Shown here piece by piece: positions 24,886 through 36,735 of a DNA stretch of 64,000 nt. The translations under genes and the position numbers were made by a program. Source of the stretch: Callorhinchus milii (lineage: Eukaryota); contig NW_024704742.1 in assembly GCF_018977255.1 (NCBI RefSeq), forward strand, positions 19,160,001-19,224,000, read 5' to 3'. Position 1 is the stretch's first letter, and every line of letters starts with the position of its first letter. Below the pieces are notes generated by a model that was given only the letters and a program-made list of their open reading frames with translations, was not told the origin of the DNA and ran no database searches.

Positions 24886-25157
24886 TTTCTAATCTATTGC
24901 TAAAACTATTGAGTATTCATATTCTGAAACATACAACAGTACATTCCACCAATGCTTGCTAGAATTAAAACTTAACATTTCCCATTTTATATGTGCAATA
25001 CCAGTAATTCTAACATACCTTTAATCAGAAGGAATATTAATTTATAGAATTTACAGATTATTTTACTATAAGCATGACAGCATTAAACACATTCTGTGGT
25101 AATTTTTAAACAACTGTTTATTGACAATGGGCTGAAAATAATCATGCCAAATAATTA

Positions 25158-25460
25158 TCCGTCTTTCGGATGAAATGTTAAACTGAGGTCCTGTCTGCCT
25201 GTTCAGGTGGATGTTAAAGATCTCATGGCACTATTCAAAAAGAGAAAGGCATTCTTGCAGTGTCCTGGCTGACAATCTCCCAAATAAACTTGGTCACTCA
25301 CTCCATTGCTGTTTATGGGACACTGCTCTGTGTGTTTGCCTACAAATACAGTCATTCCATTTCATAGTAAATCTTACCAATTAGTAAATCATGTGAAGCA
25401 TTTTGAAATGTCCTTCCAACATGATAAGCACTCTCAAATGCAAGGATTATTAAGGATTAT
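25158..25460 (+). mobile_element. Deu-SINE (Deu domain plus tail)
   Basis: ccgtctttcggatgaaatgttaaactgaggtcctgtctgcctgttcaggtggatgttaaagatctcatggcac. Confidence 0.88.
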
Positions 25461-26737
25461 TAATTATCATGTTACATTTTTCACCTCGATGCAGTATCTC
25501 ATCATCTATGTATTCTTAAATCCCCACAGATTATCATTTTAAACACATTGTATCTTCTTTTAAATATACTGTACCTTCAGTGATACATTTTAATGCATAC
25601 CACAACCTTTAATACACATCCTAATGGCCCCCGTACTAATAAAGTGCCAATGTAAATCACTGCCTCTTTAACGTGCATGCTTACTATTCCATCATAGACA
25701 GGATCATTTAAATGGATTCTTCATTTGACTCAAAGGATAAACTCGTGCACCAGAAACTCCCTCCTCACAGCCAGATGAATTTGTATTCAAACCGATTAAA
25801 TAAAAAAACTTTCAGGAACTGAGAGGAGTCTGAGAATTCAGGTGAAATGTTTTTGTTTCTTACTCTTCTGCTCAGGGTTCAAATGTCCCCCTGTTTTATT
25901 TGCTCCATCAGTATCCTTTGGCTCTAACTGTAGCTGTATATATTGCTCCTTTGCTTAAATCTATCATTGGAATTCAACTTTGTTGGTCTGGCACAGGCAG
26001 GAAGCCATTGCTGTGCTTAAGAGTATCCAAACCCGGCTCAAAGATCCACATCTGCAGGAAAATTTCTCTTTGAACTTTGTTCATAGATCAACCAGTATCA
26101 CGTCACCATGTTTGTTCTTTTCCCTGCATTAGTTAAATTCAGTTTGGTTTCATATTCTGTACAAGTTTATTTTTTCTCAGTCCTCCATTCAGCTCAGGTG
26201 AATTCTTCAATTCAGTCTCAGGCTCACAAAGAAGGATTGCACACCAGTCCTTAGACTCTGTTTGGAATCATGCAGTTTAGAGCTGAATATTTTCTTCTCC
26301 TGCCGCACACTATGCGACGGCAGGTTCAGAGCTGGACTTGATTTGAAGACAGGTGCAGGATGTCATCAGAACAATAAAACCGTTGTTTGTTATGATATCT
26401 TGTGGAAAACAATTTACCCCAGTCCATAAATTTGTGGCAAACTCTTACTTGTCACACAAAAGAACAAGTGTCCAGTCATTACCAGTGACATTTCACTGCT
26501 CCCAGGGCACCAGTATATTCAGCGCTCAGCTGTCTTCAATTGGCACATCGCACAGAGTCTGAATGAGATTAAAACAGAGGAGAGCTGATTAGAAATGTGG
26601 CCTGGGTGATCAAAGGAAATCATTTGTAAATGGTTAATTTGTGAAGAGTATTCTGTCACTTGGCCAGCAAATACTAAAAGTGTGCATTGGAGTACCAGCA
26701 TGCACAGACTGGGAGTGACATTCCATTGAACTGTATT

Positions 26738-26981
26738 GGAGAGAAATTCCATCTGGGTCTAGATTTTTATTCTATTTCTGAGGCATTTTAGAGAATCCAG
26801 AATTTGACATATTGTTGAATTTCATCTTAATTTTAAAGTTATTTTTCTGTAGTTCTTCAAAGTTCTTACCGGAAAAGGAACTTCAAAATTCAGGGGCTCT
26901 GTTTAAGAATTTGCTGAATTTTAGATGTTCTGAAATGTTACATTAATAGAGTAAAGCAGAACCAGGTGGAATAATTTGACC
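26738..26981. repeat. Palindromic ~240-bp dispersed element (MITE-like)
   Basis: Imperfect inverted arms; homologous copies at ~34245-34492, ~10089-10275 and ~39153-39212. Confidence 0.65.
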
Positions 26982-28310
26982 TGCAACAGGCAAGGTGGGG
27001 CGGGGGTGTGGGAGACTAAAGTTCCAGCATCTTGCAGTGGCAGCCTATGATCACTCCCCTCCACACCATCCCACACACACCACACACACACACTCTATTC
27101 CTACTGTGTTCACGACAGAATCCTAATCCATTCTGAGGTTAGTCTCTACTGCTATATTGCTCAGGAAGAGAAAGACAGTGAAAAACAGAAAGAATCTTAG
27201 AAATTTACAGCACAGCAGCAGACCATTAGACCCATCACTTCTGCACCAGCTCTCAGATAAAGGTGTTCATTCAATCCCAATGCCCTGCCTTGCTTTATCA
27301 CCAGATCTTTCATTTCTCAAGGCTTGGGGACCCCAGAGCATGTCTTGGGTGCTGCTGTAATTTAACCAGCTAAATCTACTTGGCTTGCTATTGAGCACTG
27401 CCTGGAAATCTTCCTGCTGCTTGTCCAGCTCAAGACTCAAGCCTCAAAAGAGTTTGGAGCAGTTAGACAAAATATTGCTTTTAGTCTCCCCACTTATTGA
27501 AGTCAGGAGTTGGCATTGAGAAAATTGCAAGGGATTGTTTTTCAAGATCCCTATCCTGACAGCTCATGCAGTAGAGGTCTGGCCGTGGCCTGAAATCCAA
27601 ATTGAAGCTTATGACAGAAAAATCATGGTCTATGCCTTTCAACAGAATACAAATTCTTTTAAATATCAATGAAATAAGTGTCCAGTTCAATTTTGTGAGA
27701 TTTCATAATAGATTTTTTAAATTAAAGAATCCTTACAGGAATTAGAAGTATCTCACGGTTGTCAGCCCAATTTGAGGAACTCCTGTTTGGAAATAGAGTT
27801 GTAAAAGACTGAACCAACCTTTTGAATATCTGATGTCTTAATTAATAAATCACACAAAATTGACCCTATAGCCTATTGATTCTTAAAGTGTTTATTTTCT
27901 CTTTATTGTTCCCGACTTTGGCTGACATGCCACCATCCCCTGCTGAGTGGGAGCTAGCCTGCTAGTCAGAAGACTCTGCCAATACTGTCTAGATCCTGCT
28001 GCTAGGAATATTATGTGAGAACAAACTGATTCTCTCTTCCTTTCCTTGCAGAAACATGTGGTCTGCGCTCAGCATCTAACTATAATAAGAAGATCAGTTG
28101 TTCACCATGTGAGGAATTGGGAATGTGAATCCATCCTTCACAAAGAATACTGCAGCACCAGCAAGATAAATTTCTAAAAGCTTTCCATTTCCTGCCCCAT
28201 TATTGATACTAGTTTTCTTCCTTCCTTCCCTCCTGAAGATTCTTCTCTTCTTCTGTCGTATGGCTTCCTGTCACTGGGGCTCATTAAAACAAAACATGTG
28301 TATGTTGATA

Positions 28311-28974
28311 TTAATCCTTGTATTTGATATAGCGCTTCAAGACATCATTCAAATATCTCAAAGCACAGGAGTTATTGCAAATAACTGTAGTGTAGGCAAA
28401 TGTAACAGCCATGTTACACACAGCAATGTCCCACAAACAGCCACAAACTGAGTCAATTTTATAGAATCATAGAATCTTACAGACCAGTTGGCCCATCATG
28501 CCTATGCCAGCTCTTNAAAAAAGCTATCCAACTAGTCCCACTCCCCCACTCTTATCCCATAGCACTGCATTTTTTTTTCCTTTTTAAGTACCTATCCAAT
28601 TCCCTTTCAAAAGCTATTATCAAATCTGCTTCCACCACATTTTCAGGCAGTTCCATAACAACTCTTTGGGTAAAAAAAGTCTCCTCGTCTCCCATCTGGT
28701 TTGTTTGCCAATTATATTAAATCTGTGTCCAATTTTTATTTATATTTGGGGGATTGTTGGTCAAGAGGTCGAGAGAAGCTCTCTTCTTTAACGTCCACAT
28801 GAACAGGCATACGGGAGCTTGGTTCAACGCTTCATCCGAAAGGTGCCACCTCCAACAATGCAGTACACCCCGAGTACTGCAATGGACTGTCAGTCTGGAC
28901 TGTGAGTTTGAATTCCTGACTTGAGGCTTGAACCCACAACCTTCTGACTCAAAAGCGAGAGTGAGCAGGCTGAC
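28311..28974 (-). mobile_element. Deu-SINE split by a CR1 3' insertion
   Basis: Tail 28311-28460; Deu domain and head 28731-28974 (catccgaaaggtgccacctcc; cttgaacccacaaccttctgactc). Confidence 0.85.
28461..28730 (-). mobile_element. CR1 3' fragment
   Basis: atagaatcatagaatc tail; ggcccatcatgcctatgccagctc. Confidence 0.88.
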
Positions 28975-30227
28975 GCAAATTTTGATATGTCTTAATGAGG
29001 TGATTCACTCAGTACTAATAGATGGACCTATAGATTTTTATATTGATGTATCTGTGAGCTGGCCTTAGGCAGGTGAGAAAGGCACTATATCAAATGCCAG
29101 ATTATTATTATATTATCATCCAGGTTTAAAGGCAATTTTACCCTCTGAGAACAGAAATGGATTTATTTGAATTTAATTACATGCACCATTGTAATTAGAA
29201 ACATTGCTTCAGAAAGAAAAATGTTTTCAGATGCAGGTTGCTCAACACATTAATGACAATGGCGCAGTTTCACGTTGCACAGTGGCAGAGGGGAGATTAC
29301 AGCATTTATTGTTTTTATGAGGATCTCTATAAATGAACCTTTTCAGTATATTTTGACTCCTCGCTGACAGCCTCATTATGAAGATCTGCAGTGTATCTGG
29401 ATAATAATTATGGCGTTGATTTTGGGGAAGTGCTCAAACAGAATCTGTGGTGAGCGTGGAATTTAAATGTGGTAAATTAATGACTGCACTCGAGCTGCTC
29501 CTGAATCTGAACCTTGAAGCAGTTTGGAACCACTGCAGTTATGTGATAACAATGGGCTGATCTCCTTCCAGAAATGAGAATAATGGAAAGAAAGACTACG
29601 AGGCATTTATAATAGCTTGACCCGGCATTTAATCAGCTTCCAAATAGCCCATGCCAACAAATCTATAACGTGTTATGAGAGGCGCAAATAAAGAAATGAA
29701 TGTACAATGGTGCGTATTGCAGAGAATGTAATTGAGAACCTTTTTGTGCTAATGAAACACTCGTGAGGACATTGCCTCGGCATAAAATCACAAGATCAAG
29801 ATGGCGCGTTGGAGTTGGGAAGGAAATGGAGTGACGGTTTTCACCAAAAATCACCGGCAGCTGACACCAAACTGCAAGTAACATGGCCCAGGTCTGTTCG
29901 GGGAGGCTAGATGAAGGTTCACAGTGCATTATTTGTGGGGAGGGAGGCGATAAATGCAAGGATTGCAGAATCCCCCAGACAGGCTGTAGGGCCTACATGG
30001 CCGAGTGGAGGGATGGGGAGCAGTTCAATGGTGCTTTTGACTATAATCTGCTGTCTGGCCAAAAGGTGAACAAAGCCAGAGGTCTCGAAGGAGCAAGATC
30101 AGGGAATAAGTGGAAGCAGCTCAGGAGTTCGAGCTGTTGTTGGCTCGGGCATGGAAGCTCTAGTTCAAATCTCCCACCTGAACCTACATAGCAGGAGCGA
30201 GCGGGAAAGGAGTGTGTGCGAGCTGGA

Positions 30228-30400
30228 TAATAATATTAATAATCATCATAATAATCCTTGCATTTAATATAGCGCACTATCACATCTTTGAGAAGCCTCA
30301 AAGCGCTTCACGGAATATACTGTAAAGTGAATTGACTGTATATTTTGTGGACAAAATGCAGTTAGCCAATTGCGCACAGCAGTGTCCCACAAACAGTATT
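30228..30400 (-). mobile_element. SINE tail fragment
   Basis: ataatccttgcatttaatatagcgc...gccaattgcgcacagcagtgtcccacaaacag. Confidence 0.88.
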
Positions 30401-31494
30401 TATTTATTTATTTAGGGATAGATATTTAGGAACGAGGTTAGTGCAGGAGCAAGGCTGGCGGGAATGGGAGCCAGGTCAGTGTGGGAGTGTAGGCCAGGCT
30501 GGGGGGAATGAGTGTTCTAGAGGCAAATGGCAGCGGCGTGTGGGAACGGGGCACATGGAGTAGGGATGGAGACAGAGACCCGGAGTGAGGTTAGTGCAAG
30601 ATTCCGGAGTCAAATTGCCAAAGCAAATGTCTCAGGCTGATCTGTATGGATATGGAGTGAAGGTATTTAACACTTGAAATACTGGATGTTTTGGTGCTTT
30701 GATTAGGGATAGAGATCAAGGGGCCCAGGAGTGAGATTAGTGCAGGAGCAGTGCTGTTTGACATGTGCACAGGTGTGTGTTTTCTTCCATTCATGTTTCA
30801 TTCTGTGAACCAAGTTATGTATTCATCATAAAATAATGTTCATAATAATCCTTGTATTTGGTATAGCATTTGTCCACTGGCTCACAGTGAAATCTTGGCT
30901 TCACTCTGAGTAGCTGGCATTATATTAACATGAGCTGTCCTTGAAAACCATGTACAAGTATGTGTACAATCCGAGAGCATGGAGTCAAGAACACACTAGT
31001 CCAGCAACACTGTTGAGCTTAATCTACATTGACGTCTAAAGCGCTTTGAAACGTCCTCCCACTGTGAAAAGCTCTATATAAATGTAAATTGCATTGTATA
31101 ATCCTCTTTAAGTGGATAACTGGAGCTGCAGCCAAACACTGAAAGAACAGCTTTACTTCACTGCTGATGAGCAGAGTTCACCCACTGAACAACTCAACTG
31201 GTGCCCACTACTGGACAGTATGAGTGAGAAACAAATTGAACTGAATGGTAGAAGAGAACAATTTTAATGTTTTGGCCAGTGAGTATTTAATTATTTTCTT
31301 GTTTAGATTATTCAGGGGTTTGGATTGCTCAAATGTGTTGTTGTGCTAAAATATTCTGAGCTTGTGTGCTCTGAGAGTATTGGGACTTTAGGAACAATCC
31401 TTGTTATACTTCATATCACACAGTTACTCTTTTCAATAGATGGCTACCAGAGTCTGTTCTGTTCTTTTTGATGAAAAGATACTTGCGGATTCAC

Positions 31495-31750
31495 ACAGAA
31501 GATCCCATGGCACTGTTTGAAAAGAAAAGGGAGTTTCTCCCAGTATCCTGCCCACCAATGCCTCAAATAAAATTGGTCATTTGTTTCATGTCTGATTGCG
31601 GGACACTGCTATGCACAATTGTGCTGTTACATTTGCCTACAAGTACACAGTCACTCCACTTCACAGTAAAATCACGTGAAGCATTTTGAGACGTCGTTCC
31701 AATGTTATAAGGTACTAAAGCAAACGCGAGGATGATTATTATTATTATTA
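31495..31750 (+). mobile_element. Deu-SINE 3' half (abutted by a minus-strand SINE tail at 31750-31850)
   Basis: aagatcccatggcactgtttgaaaagaaaagggagtttctccc followed by the tail. Confidence 0.82.
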
Positions 31751-32479
31751 TGGATATAGTGCCTTATCACATTGTGGAAATATTTCAAAGCGCTTCACAG
31801 GATTTACCGTAAAGTACGTGACTGTGCATTTTGTAAGCAAAATACAATGGCATTTGTATCCTGAAAAATGATACATAAGGAGCAATCCACTGCCATCTAG
31901 GGCTTGAGGCATAGCAAAAAAAAGTGGAACTATCTTTTTGGTTGATTTTTTTCATGAGATTGCAAGATAGGTAATAAATGAAGAAATTCCTTTGGTTCAC
32001 TTGACCTCATCCTTCCAGAACACCTGCAGATTATCAGCAGTTAGTTCACATGTTTGACAAGACTAAAGACCACAGTAAACAAAAACTCCAGAAAATTAAA
32101 ATATAAAACCTAAGATTGTGAGGGGAAAAAAAACAAAGAGTTAAAATAGAAATAATGCATGTTATTATTAAAAGGTTTGTGCACTTTCCATAAACAACAT
32201 ATCCTGCCTTATTTTAACATAACAGGTGAAGCACAAATGAAAATAACAATTATTTCAACAACAAACATTTGTAAAACTTTCCTGAAACATTCCTGAGATT
32301 ACAATGTAGCTGACATAGTAGTTATTTAAACAAGTACCATTATACATACCTGGAAAGTACAAATTGGTAAATTCAGCATCAAATGATGTGAGAAATCTCT
32401 CAAATTGTTTTAAGAAGTTAAATAGAAACATTTGGAATGGATCCTGTCTTGACGGATAGAGCAAAAGAAGGTCATACTT

Positions 32480-32860
32480 AATTAACCTTTGAATGTTTTT
32501 CAATGCTATTACTGATGCTGGGAAAGCATAATTAAGTTATTAAATACCGAACTAGGATTTTCAGTGAGCCTTTGATTAGGCTGCACATCAATGATGACTG
32601 ATGAAGGAGTTATGGAATAGTGGGTGGAAAATTGTTTAAAACTAGGAGATATGCATGAAAAATATTCAAGGTTGTGATAGATTACACAGAGGGTACCCAG
32701 GGGCTGGTCTTGGGACCTTGGCTTCTAGTAATAAATACACTTGAATGACTTGGATGAGAGTACCAAAAGAAAAATCATCTAAATTTACAGGTATCAAAAT
32801 ACAAAGCAGAACAAACAATGGCAAATCATGCAATTGTATTTAGAAGGATTTGGATTTTTT
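32480..32860 (+). mobile_element. Old CR1 RT fragment
   Basis: gggtacccaggggctggtcttgggacc (G-PQG-VLGP), aatgacttggatgag (NDLDE), aaattt-cag (KFAD-like). Confidence 0.7.
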
Positions 32861-33013
32861 AGGGAATAAGGTAAGTGGGGGTCAGATCCAACAACAACAA
32901 ACAACAAGTTACATTTGTATAATACCTTTCACATTGGGAGGATGTCCAAGGTGCTGGAAGATGCAGATAAATGGATAAGTGCAGAATAATCAGCGTGGGG
33001 ATGAGGAACCAAA

Positions 33014-33325
33014 AGGGGCAAATTTTTAAATGGAGTGAAAGAGGGACAACTCTCAACTGTTAATAAGCTGTTAACAAGCGCACCAACATCAATATTGGGG
33101 TCAAATTTGCAACACACTATTTGAAAAAGGGTGAGGAAATGCTAATGATGATTTCCGAAAGTCACCAAAGTGTAAAAATAATGTCCAGACAATGGAAACC
33201 ATCATTCCATGACTTTCTATTTCACTCGCTAGAGTTTTTGAACATTTAAATTTTTTTTAGAAATCAACAACCCGAATCCAACTGCTCAGGCCGACAGAAG
33301 TGACTCAAATCATCCCTTCCCACCC
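33014..33325 (+). repeat. ~300-bp dispersed repeat, copy 1 (probable non-autonomous DNA element)
   Basis: Reverse-complement homologue at 43860-44151, e.g. ctgttaataagctgttaacaa and agaaatcaacaacccgaatccaac. Confidence 0.8.
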
Positions 33326-33364
33326 ATGTTTGTGATATCAAAAAGTGTGTCTCATTGTGTAAAA

Positions 33365-33660
33365 AATAATAATAACTCTTACAATGGTATAGCACCTTTC
33401 ATGTCAGGAGGACATCTCAAAGCACTACACAAGATCTAGTTTAAAGTGTAGTAACTGTATATTTGTAGGCAAATGCAGCAGGCCTATTTGTGTACAGCAA
33501 TGTCATGAAATGAATAACTGATTTTATTTACCGGATTGTTGACCAGGACACTGGGGAAAATTCCCTTCACTTTTCAAGTAATGCCATGGGTTCTTGAATA
33601 TCCATCTAAACAAGCAAGCGAGTCCTCAGTTTAACATCTTATCTGAAGATTGGCAATTTC
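33365..33660 (-). mobile_element. Deu-SINE 3' part
   Basis: Tail plus gaccaggacactgggg...tgccatggg...cctcagtttaacatcttatctgaaga. Confidence 0.82.
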
Positions 33661-34244
33661 AGGAAAACCTTGCAGGGTTAATAGTATCATAGTGTTTCAT
33701 TTTAATAGTTTAATCAAACTCACCAAAATTCACATGATTGTTGAGTTAAGAATAGCCTATGGTAATAAGCTACATTTGTTTCATATACACATAGTTAAAA
33801 AATAAGGTCTTATTTTATCAATTACCAAAGTTATGGAATTAAAGCAGTTAAGCAAATGTACTTTATTCTGTATTACAAATAGTTGTATTTCAAAATGGTG
33901 CATGCATTAGAAACAGTGCATTCACAATTATAGATATGCCATTTTTTTCCCAACAAAACTATCTTAGTGTCAATGTTTCTGCCACTTTTACCACTGTGTG
34001 GGTACAAAATACTCAAGACACCCACATAATGTATCATCATATGTTTGAGTCATCAGTATGTTTAGGCAAGCAGGAAACCAGCGAACTCAGTCAAAAATCA
34101 AAGCAAATGTAATCAATAATATTTAAGGATACATATACTAAACTTTAGTTAATGGACTCTTACACATATACACAAAGAGGGTCCCTATATGACAGAATTG
34201 TTTTCTGTTCAAAATTAACTATTCACGCCCCCACACACACTTGA

Positions 34245-34492
34245 AAGAATCTCAGTGGTATAAACTCAACTCTTCACTCTTATTTATGTAACATTTCAGA
34301 GCATCCAGAAATTGGCAAGTTCTTAAATTCAGCCTTTCTTTTGAAGTTGTTTTTCTGTAATCTTTTTGAAGAACCAGAAAAAAAATCACTTTATCGTTAA
34401 GACTGAATTCAATAATTTGTCAAATTTTGGATACGCTAAAGCATTGCATAGATAAAGTAAATCTAGAGTTTCTCTGGTGGATTTTTTCCTCC
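34245..34492. repeat. Palindromic element, copy 2
   Basis: atgtaacatttcagagcatccagaaattggcaagttctt ... aataatttgtcaaattttggatacgct; opposite orientation to 26738-26981. Confidence 0.65.
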
Positions 34493-34645
34493 TCAGTTGG
34501 CAAAGAGCATATCAGCCAGGAGAGAAATTAGGTACAGCCATATGCTTGAGGAGTATTTTCTGAAAGCATTTGGAACTCCAAACTACTTTCTAAAATAAAT
34601 AGCTATACTGTCACAGCGCAATGTTGGTGATACCTATGCTTGCTG

Positions 34646-34818
34646 GAGTCCTCTAACCTATTGGTTAGAGCATTTGCTTCGCTAAGCGAGAGGACCTGTG
34701 CTTGATTCCAGGCCAGTACAAAACCTTAGGTGAGTTTCCTTATTCCACACACTTGTTTACCTAGCAGTAAGTAGGAACCCAGTTGTTAGTAATTTGGTGG
34801 ATCACTTTCTGGGGGCAC
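34646..34818 (+). mobile_element. CORE-like SINE 5' half
   Basis: ggagtcct...tggttagagc...tgtttacctagcagtaagtaggaaccc. Confidence 0.85.
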
Positions 34819-35135
34819 ATTATCACATTGTTGAGATGTGTCAAAGAGCTTCCCAGAATATATTGCAAAGTGGATTGACTGTGTATTTTGTGATAGACAC
34901 GTGGCAACCAATTGCACACAGCAGTGACCCACAAACAGTGACCACGTTTTTTTGAAGGGATTATTAACCTCAGAAATTGATCAGCCAATTGATTAACAAC
35001 CGGGTTCCTACTAACTGCTGGGTAAACAGAGGTGTGTGGAGCAAGAAAACTTGCCTAAGGTTTTGGCCTGCCTGGGAATCAAACTCGCGTGCTCTGGCTT
35101 GCCAGATGAGCGCTAATCACTTCGCTACGGGACTC
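34819..35135 (-). mobile_element. CORE-like SINE (long variant)
   Basis: ccaattgcacacagcagtgacccacaaacag...gggttcctactaactgctgggtaaacagagg...gctacgggactc. Confidence 0.85.
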
Positions 35136-36564
35136 GTGAAAAGAGACTAATAGGCCCTAATCACAGCTGTTTTGAGCTGGGTTTCATAATTTCATAATGT
35201 TTAAATTAACTAATCAGTATGAGACATGTAATGACATATCCAGTATGCTGTCTGACTTTGGCTCAAACTCAACAGCTCAGAGAAAAATGCAAGGAAAGTG
35301 AAGATGCCAGGATGAAGATAAGATAGTGAGTTGGTGGTGGAGCCCTTTTTTTTAATCAGGGTACCACAATATATAATGATTGCTTTTTGTGTGTGAGAAA
35401 CTTGCTCAAAACTCTAGTTTTTCTTATTGTCACGGAAGTTTATCATTAAAGGGGCAAACAGCAGAGCGCTAATGGAGTGACACATTTTTGATTGTAACAG
35501 TTTATAATCATAATAGATGAATTATATAGGAATTATACAGGACTATAAAAGACCATTGGTCCTAATGTAAAATAATAAACATATAAAATTAGAAATAATA
35601 AGTACAGACACAACTCTAATTACAGTCAGAAGACATGGTTGGTTAAATATGCAAATATATTCAAAGTATGTAAATGTACCAGTCAATGCTCATAAAATTG
35701 TTGGCAGAAATGTGAACTTGTCAGCACCGTTTATTTCTCCAAACATCAAGCAGGTGTTTAAAAAGTTTCATAGTTTCATGCACATTCTAAATATTAATTA
35801 TCTACAAACCTGTTATTCTTTGAGCAATGAGTGCCACACTCCTATTCATATACGTGAAGGACACAAGCTCTTATTTTCATTGCAAAGGGAATGGCCTGCA
35901 ACAGTTTGAAAGAGCAGGTTAATGCTAGGTCTATGTGCACCACGTTCAAATGTTCCCCAATGGGGCAAAATTAAAAACTCATGTGGCTTTTCTATAAAAA
36001 AACAAGAGAAAAATATATCTTTTTTGACAATGTTGAATTAACATGAATTAAATTGTCTGACATTCTTAAATGCCAAGTGTGATTTTAATGGCAGAAATGA
36101 AGAATGTTATCCAATGACAGCTAATTACTGTCGGGTGGTGAAGGGAGGTGATATGTGTAAAAGTTGAGTTAGATGAGACTCATGGTTCCCCGATAGAGGT
36201 TCGAAATATGATGAACTGTTTTCATAATATAGCAGAACCAGCACCACTGGTCAGTGAGTCAGTAACCAGAGGGGATAGCTTGAAGATAATTATCAAAAGA
36301 GCCAAGGAATTTTATTACACAAAACATGAGTATGCTCTTCTGGGACTACAATTGAGGCAGAATCCACATTAGCTTTGAAGTGGGAATTAGATTTTTTTTT
36401 ACTCATTTGGGTGTCTAACACATACAAAAATCATTACCTTGGTCCAAGTTGATCTCTGATTTATTTTTATGTTGAAACCAAATGTGGCTGCTGAATTAAT
36501 AATGTTAATGTCCTGTACAAAGGCAATGTACTTGGGTAAGAAATTTGGTACCTTGTGACATGCT

Positions 36565-36735
36565 TAGAACCATAGAAATGTACAGCACAGAAGGTCATTC
36601 AGGCCATTCTGTCTGTGCCAGCTCCTTTGAGAGGAATCCTTTCAGTCCCATTTTTCTGTATTTTCCCCACAAAGCTGTAGCTGACTCCTTTTAAGGTATT
36701 TATCTGGTTCCTTTTTGAAGCTTGTACTTGTTCAG
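36565..36735 (-). mobile_element. CR1 3' end
   Basis: tagaaccatagaaatgtacagcacagaaggtcattc. Confidence 0.75.

Noticed and set aside
28030..28200. Polypyrimidine tract plus cag acceptor at ~28051
   Set aside because: Downstream frames are short and unrecognisable, with no good donor.
28516..28516. Single N base
   Set aside because: Assembly ambiguity within a CR1 fragment.
30410..30790. Purine-rich stretch with recurring ga(g/t)ttagtgca(g/a)g
   Set aside because: Only three degenerate units at irregular spacing; cannot be called an array or assigned to a family.
31160..31200. Other CTGATGA occurrences (also ~4199, 14667, 32598 and 26362 minus) as hammerheads
   Set aside because: No stem II followed by GAAA.
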